Shown one piece after another: positions 12,812 to 29,966 of a stretch of DNA of 64,000 bases. The position numbers and the translations under genes are program-made. This stretch comes from the human T2T-CHM13v2.0 reference genome, Homo sapiens, in assembly GCF_009914755.1 (NCBI RefSeq), contig NC_060931.1. One strand, written 5' to 3'. The notes below the pieces were generated by a model that searched no databases, was not told the origin of the DNA, and saw only the letters and a program-made list of their open reading frames with translations. How positions within the stretch are numbered: the first letter of the stretch is position 1; every line of letters starts with the position of its first letter.

Positions 12812-14119
12812 CTAGGTTTCATTTATTTGTTAGAAAAAAAATGGGGTTGAGAGCATATCTGGTAATTTCCAGGTAAAATTCTCCTAGGGTAAGTATTGGA
12901 TAATTCAGCTCTATGAGTAACCAAATGATCATGAATTTCATAATTCTTTATATTCTCTTTAAAAACATAACTTCGAACAACACTTAAGATTAAATAATTG
13001 TTTAGAGATTTTTTATTGGAAAAAGAAAATATGACTAGTCATGTTCAAACAAACAGTGGAAAAAGACATACTAGAGGGCACCTTGAAATCCCAAAAACTT
13101 GCGTGAGATAAAATTTAAATCAGTATCTTTAGGCCTTATGATCTCAGTTATAGAAATTATGCCAATGACATTTCACTGGTAATTTTACTAAAGCACTCCC
13201 TGTTTTCTAAAGGAGTTTTAAAGCTAAATAATTTTAAATATTTTTAAATGGAAAAAGAAAAGCTGCAAGTGGGTACCAACAATGAGACCCAGCTGGGTGA
13301 TATTATTGCAGAAACATCTAGCTGCTCCTTAGCCCCTGTGGTGGTGGTGTTGATGTTTATAGAGTTGCCTTTTCACATGTGACATAGTTAAACTTCAGAT
13401 GGACAGTCTGGAGACTTCTGTGTTTATCTGGATGTTAGTTTCTTTGAATGGGCTTTGAATCAAAGGCTTTCTTAATAGGCCTTTGATTCATCCGCTGCAG
13501 AGTGTTTTTTAATAAAGAATGATTACTTCCCCTGGTGGCCACATACATGTGTGTCACTGTACGCTTATACTTCCTCTGCACAACCAGCACATTGTAACTC
13601 TCTGCAGATTTCTTTAGTTGAGGCTGCTGGAAGAATGAATAAGACTTAGATGTAGTTATTTTTAATAGAAAAAAAAGATCTGTGTTCAAATTCATAAAGG
13701 CAATCTTCCATTAAATATATGTATAGAATAATGAAAAAGGAGGAAAAAATTAAATTATAAGAAGAGAGTGATACGGTCTGCCATAATCCTGATACTATTT
13801 TTAATAGGACTGCCTTTTGAGACTCCTATGTAGGAATGACATTTTCATGAAATGTGTCCTAACTCATAAGTACTTCCTATGAGATTTATCCTCAGTTTAT
13901 TTAGTAACACTCAGGACAGAGTTTTTGTAGGGTGAGTAGGTCTTTCTAATACCTAGAATCACTATAGAGTCCTTCTTGTTATTTTACTGGTTATGTTTCT
14001 GGCATTTAAGCCTTTAATTATTAGCATTGTTTGACAACAAAGGATGATATATAAAGCCTTTCTATTGAGCACAGAATTACTAAAATTAAAAATTTTAAAT
14101 AATTAAAGAAATTTTGGCA

Positions 14120-15690
<1,571 letters not shown>

Positions 15691-15847
15691 GCAGGAGGTT
15701 GCAGCAGTAAGCTGATAGTAGGTATGCCACAACATAACAGAAAGCACCATTTACACTGTGTAGTATACCACGTGTATGTAGGAATAACAAAGTTTTCCTT
15801 GTGTTGTCATCTTAGCATAATTCATCCTTGTGACCTCTTCCATTTAG

Positions 15848-16012
<165 letters not shown>

Positions 16013-17482
16013 TAGACCAAATATAGTTTGTGCTGCATTGCATCTGTCTTATGCTGAGAGGAAGAACTCAGTTTAAAAATGAAATTGTTGACAATTTTGG
16101 AAAATTCCCCCACAGTAACCTAATGTTTTGGGAAAGTGGCAACCCTCCCCAAACAGTTAGGAAGCTTGGTTAGGGACTGTGTGTCATTTTCTTTCTATTT
16201 AAAACAGCCCCCATGAGGATGAGTTTATAAAGACCTCGCACTTATGAAGAAATCGTGGTGTACCACTTCCTCTGCTTAAAAGCAACATATGCTTGCCCAC
16301 CCACGTGGACATCCTCAGAGCACTACCATTTCAAGTCTCCTACTCTCTTGGAAATGCAGTTCAATGGATTTTGCTGACTTTAAGTTTATGGGCGCCATAC
16401 TACTTAACAGATAATACTTTTGTAGCTGGCATGGGGCAAGACTTACCACTCGTATTTCTTGAGTTGCTGGGAAATATAGATGCTGTTTCTGGTTTGAAAA
16501 TGCAGAGATAATTTCAAATATGTTTGTATTTTTCATTCCTTCTCTCTGCGGACACGTCTTCTCTTCCCCTTGACACAATACAGGCTGAAATTATGGTACC
16601 CTTGTACACGTTCAGCATTGCTCTGTTGCCATGACTCTGCCTAAATAATAGGCCTCAGCATAGGCCAATACACCAACCCCTTTATTAATGCTCCTATCCT
16701 GTGATTATGCACAGGCAAATGAAAAACAAACATTTCAGCTCAAAATTGCAGTTCCTCAAATGTTAACAATTCAGAGGTACTGAGTGGCAGATTACTCTGA
16801 ATACAAAGACATCATTTGAAGAGGGTGGGTAAACCTGTTGATTTTTGGAAGCTTAGTGCCATTTTCTATCTAAGAGCCAAGTATCTTTTTGAACTAAAAT
16901 ATGTTTAGACTTTAGAGCATTATCAGATATAATTTGGGGAATAGGAGCTGCTGGAATAGAGTCCCAGCCTCAACCTGATTGAGTAACCTCTAACTCTGGC
17001 CATGTTTTTCTAATTTGCTGTCTCAAAAACAACTTAACAAGAAGTCTAGTTCTGTATGGTAAATAACCTTTATTTTCTTAGCCTTTGAAATAAGAACGGT
17101 TCTTTCTTTTTTTCTTTTATTTTTTTTAAGATTTTCAAGTCAGCTTGATATGCTCCTTCTGTAAACATAGAAGCACAAAATCCTAATTTTGTTCAGTTTT
17201 ACAAGGTTTGCCGAATTCCCAGGAAAATACTGTAAGGATTAAGAAATAAAGAGAAGCACATTTTTGAAAAACAGTGCCTTTTAAATTATTTTGATATTAC
17301 AGAAAGTCTTTGATTTTAAAAATCCAACAATAATACATTATTATAATCAATATGTATGATCTTTATCATGATTTTTAAATTTTAATTATATTAACTGACT
17401 ACAGGTTTCTGGAATCAACTGTAAATTACTTGTTTTACCACACAACAATAGTTAATACTAGTATTAATTGAAAAGGGCATTC

Positions 17483-17484
<2 letters not shown>

Positions 17485-17518
<34 letters not shown>
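17485..17518. repeat. (GT)17 microsatellite
   Basis: Perfect dinucleotide run. Confidence 0.98.
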
Positions 17519-17520
<2 letters not shown>

Positions 17521-20500
17521 CTTTGGGATCATTGACTAAACATTTCTCCAACAAACATTTTTTTTAGTTTCTCCCTTAATGATCCAATATATGTCATTGA
17601 GAAGAAAATATACTCGTGATTTTAAAAAAAAAGCAAGAGGTACCCTAAATATAGTAACAAGATAGTCATACCAGAGTTACCAAAAGATGCTGAGTAAAAT
17701 AGTTGATTCCAAAAACTTGTAGTCAGCACTTTGATACAGGTGATACTCATGAAGTTGGGATAAAGGTCAGGTAAATATCACTGGCTGCCAAAGAAAAACA
17801 AAATTGCTATGATATTTAGTATTTCTGAACTGTTGGGAGACAAAATCAGGAAACTTTCAGCAGCCAGGGAAGTCCTAGATGAAATAGTGATGGAGGTTAG
17901 GTAGACAGATAACATAATAAAGGCAATTTGGTTACCTTTGTACTAAAGTGTAATACCTGTAGCAATATCTACGTGTTTCTGTATTTTAAATTTTCCCAAC
18001 ACTTCTGCCTTCATGATCTCATTGATTGTACAACAGGGAGGTAAGAAAAATGTTATTATTCTCTTTTTCCAGTTGAGAGATTTTATACTTTAGAGGTTAC
18101 CCAGCTAGTGAGCAGTAGAGCCAATCCTGGAACTGAGGCTTATTCTATCGCATACATCGTGCCATCACCTAGGCTGCATTCTAAAAATGTGGGCAGACAT
18201 GGGACTTGATAGCAAAGGCTGTACAGCCCATTCAAGGTATATTTTTGGCCACCTACCCTTATAAGGTATCGATTAGACATGGTTCTAGACGTGGCTATCT
18301 TTACCACCTTCTAACCCTAAATGGAAATTTAGAGATCCCACAGAATTAAAATATATATGTGGAAAAACCAAAGCCTTCACTCACTGACCTATAACTTTTC
18401 TTCTATCCTATCTGATCTTTGCTAAATCTTATTTATTACAACTGGTCATTTCTAGACACTAACTCAGGGAAATCACGTCGTTTGAATGTGCTTCCGCATT
18501 CTCCTGTGATGTTCTGATAATTTCAAAATTAGACAATTCATTACTTAGAAAAAGGGCAGAGGTAGAGAGTAGCAAGAGTACCTTATGATGACTGTACTTT
18601 TATAATTTTGGAGTAATTGCGTAGCTATTCATTTCCTGCTGATCTCTGCTGATTCTTCATATTTTTTAAAAGTGTATAATTGTAAACAAAACCAATGGAT
18701 CAGAGAAGCATTGTGTCAGTCAGTGGAAAGCAAATGCACAAGAAACAGACATCAGCTCCATGGTGTTTTGTAAAGACTGACAAGCTTTTAGCCTACTCAT
18801 AAAAAGATTTTAGTATATAGTTTCATTTCTCTCTGTTATGGATAGCAAGGCCAAAAAGTATCTTCTACTGTCACAGGCAGTTTTTGTGTCTTTACTAAAC
18901 TGAATTTTTAGTGTGATCTCTGGTCCTGCATTTTCTATTTTTATTTCAATAAAAGCTGTCTGTACTTGGAAAATATTGGTGGACCCTGCATAGAAATCAG
19001 CCACTCAGCCCCATAACACACTCTGGCAGTGCTCCTGCTGTCTTCTGTAGTGGCTTCCACACACTGTCATTAGATTATGTGTCTGACCACCCTGCATTGC
19101 TTACCCTGGTGTGGTCTTTCTCTTTTAAATGGAATGAATAGAATCAGAAATATATACCTTAGAATTATCTGCGTTGAGGTAAATGTAAAAGCTATGTTTA
19201 GAGTCTTAGCTTGGTCAGAGGTTTTTATTTTTACTTTTACTTTTTGGTGATTTGGTTTCTTTGTTCTTGGCAATCTCTTTTAGAGGTGGACCTGACAATG
19301 ACCTGAAGCTGACAATCACCTGAAACCCTCACTATGTCAGGGCAAAGCAGAGTGTGAAGTGGGGTAATATCAGCTAACCTTGTTTGTGTCAGTGTTTAAA
19401 GCCCTCAGTCTTTATTCCTTCATGGGCTTTGCTTCCCGTTAAGATTCTATAAAGGGTACAGATGTCATTGCTGCACACGGCCTCAGCTGCCCAGTGTTTG
19501 ATTCTGTATGACGTTCCTGCTAACCTCAAAGAGAGTTCCGCCTGTGAAGAGTGATGGTAACAGAGGAGGGAGTGTGGGCTGGTGGTTAGGACAGGGACAG
19601 AAAGTTAGGACTCGGAGTTCCATTCCTAGCTGACTGCACTGCTGAGTGACCCTGGGTGAGTCATGGGGGCTTTATTGTTGTGTTTCCTGATCCCATGCAA
19701 AGAAGACTTTCTCTAGTCTCTGGTTCAATTGTAAAGTTTATTTCAGTAAACCTCATTTCTTCCTCCATCAATTTTTGTCCCTCCCCCAACCCAGATTGTG
19801 GTCTGTAATCCAAATCTACAAAACGGCTGTGGACACAGAGATATAAATTAATTGACATTAACTTTGTAAAGTATATTTTGACCAGAGAAGTGTTAGAATC
19901 TCCTTAAGGATTTTTATTTATTTTTTTAAATGAAAAGAATAGTAACTTGCTTATGGCCCATCTGATAAAAAGAAAAGGGCATCTTCTAAGCTTTTCTCTT
20001 GGCTAGGCTAAGAAGTGGTTATTACAGGTCAAAAAAGAAAAACAGATAAAAGAACAGAAAGTTCTTTGACAATTACTGCTTCATATTTAGTATGAATTCC
20101 TGGGATTCAAAATGAAAGCACATAGTAGGTGCTTTATAATTGCCAAATAAACTCCATGGCTAAGAATATGAAAACCAGAGTGAGACCCAAACAGTTTTCA
20201 AATGTGATATTCAAAGTGCCTCAGGATGGGAAAACAGAAGAGGAAACCTCAACCAGTGTTACATTGATTATCATACACATTTTGAAGAATAAAATCATGG
20301 AAAATTTAAACTTAACTTTTGACATAAAGGTAAAATTAAACTCTTACATAAAAGATACAACTTACATGGATCAGACCAGAGAAATAGTGCCACAACATTG
20401 CTACTTTGTGCCTTTCGGAAAAGGCATAAGGGAATACCAGTATACATGGTGAAATGAAATGCAGACATCCCAAAACACTTCTTTTCTGCCAATTGAGAAT

Positions 20501-21329
20501 GACCGATCCGATGAGCTAGACAGTGATTCTTATTAAATCAAACAGCAGGAATTTCATTTTGCTTTGCCCAGGAAGCTGGAAGCAGAAAACCTGCCCCTCC
20601 AGCTTTCATTCTTTATCTACCCTCCTCTAGAGTCTTCTCCAAAAAGCAACTCATGAAGAAGCAGAAGTGATCACTGGGACACATCTGGGGAAGTTAGAAT
20701 TATCAGCTGGATTCTAGCAAAGAGATTGTATTGTAGGTGATTCCTCATCTGAAAACAGCAATGAAGGAGATTATTTCTATACCTCATGGAGTATGCGAGG
20801 GACCAAGTGAGCTATTTGATGAAGAGGATACCATGAGAATACACCTTTAAACAAGTTGTTTTAAAATCGTTTTATTTGTCTTGCCATGACACATTGCAAG
20901 TGATCAAGCTAAAGTTTCATATCATTACAAAAACTAGCCTCTTACTAGCATTTGCTGCATCCCGTTAATGTGCACACATGTTGTCAACACAGAACTCCAG
21001 CTGATTCTATCCAGTTCCCTAAATGCCCTTCCCTTCTCTCCCCATCCACTGTGCTACAACCATCTGAACCAGGCTTTCTCCACTGTGCTTCATTCAGGAA
21101 GTATCCTGGGAATTATGGATGCTGTGCAGTGAGAGCCAGATTGCAATATGAGCACGTTTGCTGTCTTGTCCCTCCCTTCCCTGCAATACCCACCCACCTC
21201 CAGCCATTCACTGAGGTGAGAGAAGCCTTGGTCTCAGGAAGATGGGTGTTCTGAGGGGTCTGGGTTGAAGATGGATGGGATTCTAACTACCTCTTAAGAT
21301 TATAATAAGGATAATAGAAACAATATAGT

Positions 21330-21779
21330 TATATTAGCCTGCTCAGGCTGCTACAACAAAATAACATTGACTGGGCGGTTTATAAACAACAGAAATTTAT
21401 TTTTCACTGTTTTGGAGTCTGAGAAGTCCACAGTCAAGGAGGCAGCAAATACTGAGCTAAAATGAGATCAGTATTTTAATAACTGGTAAGGTTATACTGT
21501 GTGCGTAGCCTTACACATAATGTAATCTGTGAGAGCTCTCTTCTTGGCTTGCAGATGGCCACTGTCTTGTTGTGTCTTCACATGGTGGATGGAGACAGTG
21601 AGCTCTCTGATGTCTCTTATAAGGACACTAATCCTATCCTATCAGGTCCCTACCGTTATGACCTCATAACCTTCATTACCTCCTTCTGGTCCCTATTTCC
21701 AAATACAGTCACATTGAGGGTGGGGGCTTCAACATATGAATTTGGTCGTGGTGGGGGAAGTACAATTCAGTCCATAGTA
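21330..21779 (-). mobile_element. MaLR solo LTR (MLT1A-like) with a ~75-bp foreign insert at ~21451-21526
   Basis: tattagcctgctcaggctgctacaacaaaata...aaacaacagaaatttatt...gagaagtcc...cttataaggacactaatcc...ggcttcaacatatgaattt...attcagtccatagta. Confidence 0.85.
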
Positions 21780-22289
21780 ATTGGTGAACTTGCTTTGAAA
21801 TGATAAAAGTATTCTCTTTACATCTGTTTGTTTTACTATTATTGCATGATAGTCACGTGGGAAGAAGCTTAAACCTTGGCATTTTTATTTTTCTTGCTAG
21901 GATATATTCCTGAAGAAATTTCACCTAACTTAGATTCATTCATTGACCCATTCATTTGTTCATTCATTCAACAATTATTTTGGAGGTACCCACCATGGCC
22001 AGGCCCTCACAGCAGTGATAGGCTGGAGGTGAGACCCTCTCCACAAGAGCCCTTCAGTTTTCCCCAACCCCAACCATGCTTAATTTTCCATCACCTGACT
22101 GGCTCCTCTCAATTATTTCTATTGCCTAGGCCCTGTTCACATTGGTCAAATTTATATGTGTGTTCTTTATATTAAAATGCCAGTTGATAGAGGGAAACTG
22201 AGACAATTCCAAAGTTCTCTCATCCCAACTATTTAACCATTTGTTTTCTAACTAAATGATGATGAGGTATTTTCTGAGTTCTGGGAGGA

Positions 22290-22490
22290 AGTTAAGTACA
22301 TAGTGGTTAAGAGTGAGCTATAAGGCCACACAGCCTGGAATTATAATTTGGATTCTACCACTTAGAATCTCTGTGACCTTGAGCAAGTCAAATGGTTGTT
22401 ATGAAACTATAATAAATAAATAAATGTGATGTATTTAGTGACAGGCCCATAGTAAGTACCCAGTGAGTGTCAGCAATAATTATTATTGAA
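22290..22490 (+). mobile_element. MIR (internally deleted)
   Basis: tagtggttaagagtg...ctaccacttag...tgtgaccttgagcaagtca...catagtaagtacccagtgagtg. Confidence 0.7.
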
Positions 22491-22555
22491 TATACAAGAA
22501 TGAAATTCAAAATATGTAGCAATCTTTGTGTATTGTCCAAATAGCATGGATGTGA

Positions 22556-23036
<481 letters not shown>

Positions 23037-24540
23037 GAACTCAGCATTTTAATAACCCATAAGGTTATACTATGTGTATGGCTTGAATATCATCCTGTTA
23101 TTGTGCTTTTGCCACTTGCGAGGTACAGATGCATTGGCTTCCTTGGCTAGACTACTCACACTGATGGCCCCATGCCCCAGCTTCATAAATGAACCCTCTT
23201 GTACCTACGTAGCTCACATGGCTACAATGAATTATTTAGAGACTAACTGGCCATTTGCCGTGCTTAACACACTCTGTAGGCTATGAAGCAAGAATAAGGA
23301 TGATGGGGCTGACCAATGTTTTCTACTTTCATTTAATACCAGTTTAGCATATCTGTTAAAAGCTGTCCCTCTTAGAGATATGTATGACCCAAGGACCCCT
23401 TTGGTAGGGCTTCCATTCTCTGGACTATCAGATTATGCATTTTCTTTATCCTACAACATTTTCATATAGGCAAGAGCAGGTTTAAAAGAATACCAGGTGG
23501 TCTGAAAGGAAAGAGAAGTCTCAGAAGGGCAACACCCTCCCTCAGAGATATGTGCATGGGGGCCCTCCTTTCAGGAAAGGAACCAGTACAGAGCAGGAGT
23601 GGGCTGTAGTTGCCCCAGGCCAGATGAGTACCCACCAAGAGTGGACAGAGGCCACTACCACCCCCGAGAGGGATACTTGTATATTGCTTTGTCTTGTTTA
23701 TATTCTAGGGATGGAACCACTTCTAGACTCCAGACCATCTATTTTTTAAAAATATAGCTTTTTCTCCCTCTGCAAACTAGGTCCACACTTTCTGATTTGT
23801 GTGTGTCTTTAAGTTGCCTAATATTGTTGGATGAATGGGGCTTTTTGAACACACTGTGTTATTAATAAATACAGAGACTCCTGGAATAAATAAATAATGT
23901 GATTCTCCAAGAGTCACATTCTTATTGTAATACATTTTAGACAGTGACTTTGAGCAAAACTTAATTTTTGGAATTATTTGAAAACATTTACTATTGTAGA
24001 GAATTTCTTCAAATATAATTATCTTTACTTCCCGGGGAAGTTTTCTAACCTCTATTGTAACAAATAGTCTATACTTTGCTTTTTCCGTTTTTATATCCGA
24101 TTGTTTACTTTTAAATGGTATGTTCATTATTTGCCAAAGACTTGAGCAAGATGTTGCTTTTATTAGGTGAAAGATTTATCTTCGTTAATTTTTAACTCTA
24201 ATCTCCTTGAAAATATATTGAGTTTATGCCTTATATGCTACAAATTATTGTATCCATAATCATTTTATAACTTCACTGTTTTTTGTTCTCTAAAGCCATT
24301 ATGTTTTTTTCCTTTTGAGTTTTTAAAAAGTATTTCCAGCACCTATGAACAATAAGTTATGTTATGCAGCATTACATCTTTGCTTCTTCAATAACTTTGT
24401 CTAGTGTTATGTTGAGTAGTTGAAATTAAATTAAAATCTTTATTTCTTTAAAATGTTCATGATAAATATAGTCTTCTGAAAACTAAAGAAAACAGGAGCA
24501 AAAAATTGTACCCAAGTGCTCATGCTCACATAAATGCATG

Positions 24541-24568
24541 CACACACACACACACACACACACACACA
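24541..24568. repeat. (CA)14 microsatellite
   Basis: Perfect dinucleotide run. Confidence 0.97.
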
Positions 24569-26827
24569 ACCAAGACTCTCAAATCCTAGTCAAAAGCTAT
24601 ATTTCACAAAAGAGAATTATAGTAACATTGATGGTTTGCCAAAACCTCAAGCAGTGACAAAATCCACAGTGTCCTGTAGGGGATGCCTTTGCAAAACCAT
24701 GCCTCTCCAGATGGTTTAGATTAGAGATGTTTAAAAACACATGGCAGCATTAGCTTGGTTTAGAATTCATAGTTAATTCAGTAGATAAAATAATGCAAAT
24801 TTGAAACCCTATCCTGTCTATCAGAAAAATCATCAAATCTTATGATTGCTCTTAGGAGAGGTTGGTATGTGATGTGTTGATTTTTAAATTATCTAATTGA
24901 AATAATAAAATTAACCAAGAAAAAGTAAAAAGAGGATTAAAATATAAGAGTATGAGTAAAAACTTTCTTCTCTGCAGAATATTTCTTCCTTTAAGCTGTC
25001 ATATCCAATCAGTTTGTATGGGATTCGACAGCCAATTGTCATTTCCTGAGATATACTCTGTAAAGAGGTTGTGTTACAGAGACGGCATGAAAAAATGGAA
25101 AAAATAATTCCAGAGCATCATGCCAAGAGAAGCCAAAATGTCCTTAAAGACCACAAAGTGTTGCCAGGATCCCTTCACCTTGCTAATAATAGCAGATAAG
25201 CAGCTTACACACAAATTTTTCCTTTGGCTTATTTAGCTTTCCCTCCTAGACACTTTCTAAAAGAGAGTGCTCCCAGTCCACATTTTAGTAAATTATTTTG
25301 CCTTCTCTGTGATTTTTCATCTTGGGTGGGCGCTCTTTGTGAACAGCGATGTTGCATATTGCGTTATCTGACACGAGACGTATAGTAGTTCCCCCAGGAC
25401 CCTAAAAGGCTTCATCACTAAAAGCTTGGCTCCCACTGTCCCCTTCCTTATGTCTAAAATCAACAGTATCCCATCCTCTGATCCCACAGCTGGACAGCCA
25501 GCAAACAACTCCTGGAAAAGAACTGCTGTATGGGAACAGTATTAATTTAATGATGTATATTATCGTGTATCCTACCAGCAGCATAAATGAAAACATTCGG
25601 CAGATATGTTGAAATTGCCACTGGAAGAACGCTCACTCAAGGACTCAAAGCCTTTCAGAAAATCCACACGGGGAAAATATGGGACAAAGATTCTACAAAA
25701 ATAGAATCAGAAGTTTTCAAAACGCCGTTGCTAGGCTTTGAAGGGCTTGACTCAAAGTGGCCCAGTATTTACTTCCCCCTGAAAGTAACACATTTTGAGC
25801 ATTTTTCCAAATATAAAAAGTAGAACTGTAGCTTTTAATGGCTAAAGGAGCTCCACTATCAAAGTAAATGTGCTTCTCTGGCAGCAAGGACACATGTGCG
25901 TGAAGAAAACAAGGGGGGAGCAGGAAGAGTAGGAAGGTCCCTGTCACAGGAATTTGTGTGGATTCATGAGTATTTCAACTGTAGATTTCATTTTGTTTTA
26001 AACATGGAGAAAATGTGTTAGCCAACCTTAACAACTGATCAATAGTTCTGCATATATCCCCACTTAATATGTGTAATGGGAGATATATTTTGTTGTTTCA
26101 TCTAATAATCAATTTTTTAAATAAATGGGAATGGATGATGACTTGGCAGGGGAAGATGCGAGCATTCGAGAGAATCCAGGCGCTTCATCACAGGCATAAA
26201 TGACACCATGCCAAAAGACTTCACTTTTGGAGCAGGTGCTCAGAGGAGAGAAAACCCCACCTGAGCCTTTCTCCCCCTCCCCAGTCACACTCCTCATGAT
26301 GACCCTTACATGTTTTATTGCATCTTCTCTTGTGTGCTTTGTCAAATTTGTGAATATTTAGCTAATTTTCAGAACAGGATTTCACTGGATTATCACTTCT
26401 CTATATTGAAAACTGCTTTACATAAATTTCCTGCCTTTAGAACATTCCAATGTGTTCTTCCCTTTGTATGAGGGATTTTGAGCCAAGTTCTGTAAAACAT
26501 CACAAATTTGGACAACATGGACAGAGAAGGCCAATTCTCAAATCAGATATGATTTACTAAAGAAGACCAGGATAATTAAATGATTCTTTTTGAAAAACAA
26601 ATCATCACAGTCTCCAAACTATCCTTTGTGCAAATAGAAATTTTCACTATATCAGGTCCTCTGATATGACAGCTGCTGATTTGGGACATTGTTACAGAAG
26701 TGAAACAGAACACCAATGCTATGTTATAACTCAAACTTGTAATTAAACATCTGGGACCTGCCTGCTTTAATGAAGAGATAAGAATATTTGGTTGGTTGTG
26801 TATCATATCTCTAAACTGATACTACTG

Positions 26828-26930
26828 TGATTCAATCATTACACATTGTGTACATGTATCAAAATATCACATGTACCCCCAAAATATGTACAACTATGAT
26901 GTATCAATAAAAAATGCAAAACAAAAGCAA
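26828..26930 (+). mobile_element. Heavily truncated L1MA-like 3' end
   Basis: atcattacacattgtgtacatgtatcaaaatatcacatgtacccccaaaatatgtacaactatgatgtatcaataaaaa. Confidence 0.75.
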
Positions 26931-29632
26931 ATACAAAGATTGAAGGACTTAGAAACTATTTATTTTTTCACATTATTCTTTTAGTTAGCAAGTACTCTTT
27001 TTTTCATACACAGTGCAAAGAGAAAAAAATTACCCTTTATTGTTCTGTTAAAATTTCACTAGTTAGCTAGTACTTGTGTTACAGGAATAATGGCAAAATA
27101 AATGGGAAGTGGACTCTGTGAGCCTCTCAGACCTGTATTATTCCAAAACTAAATGTAAAATATTTTTTCTCAAAAACCTTTACAAATTCTTAAACAATGT
27201 CTGTATCATGGATACTTATCCTGAGGGATCCAACAGTGTTGAATCTTGCCTACCAATGGAATGAATTCAAGCCATAAATATATTACATGACTGTTCTCCA
27301 CCTCAAAACTCTTCTAAAGCAAGGGAGGACAGAAATGGAAAAGTAAATAATATAGTTCCTGTTTTATATTCTACATAGTTCCTGATGAAAACCCTTGGTG
27401 AGTTGTATGTGTGACTAGTTCATATCAATGATGTTTGGGTGCAAAATTCGGAGATAGCAAAGAGCTGCAAAATATGATACATCAGGAGAAATGAAAGTGT
27501 AGAGGTAGGGCAAGGCTTTTCATTGTTACCTACATAACACAATTTGCCATATCCTTAGGTTGATGGCAGATCAACCCAGCGAAAAAACACTCTAAGCCTC
27601 TGTACAGCATTTTTAAAAGAAGGCTAATGGATTTTTACTGCCTAGTTCACACATATCAAAGTAAGAAAGATGACGCCTTGGGAAACAGGCAATATCAGTT
27701 GAAGCAAAGCATATTATAAATGCCAAGACCTATATTAGAATTTATATATGCCCAAAGCCTGTTTATTTGGGGACTGAATTCTCACTGGCTCTGAGCCTGA
27801 GGGGCCACAGTCCATTTCTCTGGTTAAGCTAGGTCAGTACCACCTGTGTTCCTACGGTGAAGTAAGAGCTGCTGAGACCCATATACCCTCCAGCCACTGT
27901 ATTTATTATTGCACTTGGGAATGCTCTGCTCTTGAAGGCTGATCTGACGAGGGTGGGATCACAGGCAGCAGGTATGCCATGAACAACAAACCCATATTCT
28001 TAACATATGTTTAATTTGAGTAACTCTCCTCCTTTAAAATACCTCTTGATTCTGAATCCACATCCTGATTTGCCCACTCTTGTTACCATTTTCTGCTGCC
28101 TGTTCTGAATTAATCCTTTGAGGTGGTCATTCCCCGGAAAGAAAAAAGGAAAATGAGAAGAGAGATGCAAAGTTGGGAATGTGAATGAAAGAGAATGGGA
28201 GAGAGCAGAGGGAAGGGGGTCATTAACTAGAGTCTGCTTTCATGAGCTAGATTTTCTTTGAGCTGTATAAGAAAGGAGAGGTAGAGGAAGAAGAGAAATA
28301 CAAAAAAAAAGGCACTTGAAAGGTTATCCATTAATACCCCTACTGAAGAATGAAAATCATTTTTTGCAATAGAGCTCAATTTACAGATTATTTTCATTTC
28401 TCTGTCGTACTTCATCTCAAAGAATTGATATAATCTAAAAAGTGGTTAAAATTATTAAAATAGTTTCCATAGTAGAAAATTAAATGATTTTACTAACTGT
28501 CAAAGTCAGTGTTTAAACTGAGATAATTTGAATTATATTTCATATAGTGATCATGTCACTAGGATGTCTAAACATTCTTTGGAAAAGTAATAATCCCTGA
28601 TTCTGATTTCTCATCAACAGAAAACTGACTAAAGGTTAAGAATATTAGCCACCAATTGCTGTTATTTGCAAAAACCTAAAGAGAAGGCTGGTTTTCATGA
28701 GGAATTTTGAATTTAAATATATTCTCCACCTTGGAACAATTAACCCTTTAGGAGACTTTCTGCATTTTTCTTAGGTGTATTTTCTGCTCAGAGGGTCATG
28801 AAACTGCTTCAAATACTTGATTTAAAATATATTTGAAAGTTAAATAGCAATATATTATGCTATTAAATATAAGATGGCAAAATATTATGTTGCTTCATAA
28901 CATCAAATTTGTTTTCCATCTATTTATCTATCTGTTTATCTGTCTATCTAGCAATCAATCAAATACAGGTTTTCCTAGGCCACAGCACACTGGTTTTTAA
29001 ATGAAGTCATATTAACAGAGTAAAACATATTTCTCTGGTCCTCACCTCATTTGCAACTTAGGCCCTCTGGGGTCTTCACATTCTCCCACTTTTTTCCCGG
29101 GAGTTCTCAGAGGATATTGCAAATGTGTTCATGAATAAGGTTCCAATGACTGCCCGTGAAGCTAAAAGCAGCTTGCAATGACTCCAGCACTCAAGCCCCA
29201 AGGCCTTGCCCTCTGCCCTGTCCCCATTAGCATCTGAGGGCTGGCCTCACCCACTCCAGAGCAAGCTCCACCACTAGGTGCTGGTTTCCATTGCTGCAGT
29301 GCCATTGTTGCTGATGATGCTCTAGACCCCTGAGTAGCCCTGGGCCTTCCAGAACTGAAGCCAGCAGAGTCAGGGCATATTCCATGAAGAAGGAGACAAA
29401 AATGATTCTCTCCCCCAAAGTGTGTATTCTTTGTCTCAAGGAAGCCTAAACACACAGGCTGGATACTCCACTTGTTCATAACAAATACAGTCTTTTCTGT
29501 TGTTCCAGTAGCACCCTTTTGCAAATAGAGCTCTGCAGACCTCTCCCACTGATCTGCTATTCATGCCTTCTACACTGTGAACACTACTTAAACTCAAACC
29601 TGACCACCTGTTTAATTATATTTCAAGTTTGA

Positions 29633-29966
<334 letters not shown>

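Noticed and set aside
29010-29520. Possible ancient LTRs (also ~11230-11600 and ~37770-38180)
   Set aside because: Composition is suggestive but I cannot assign family or ends by eye
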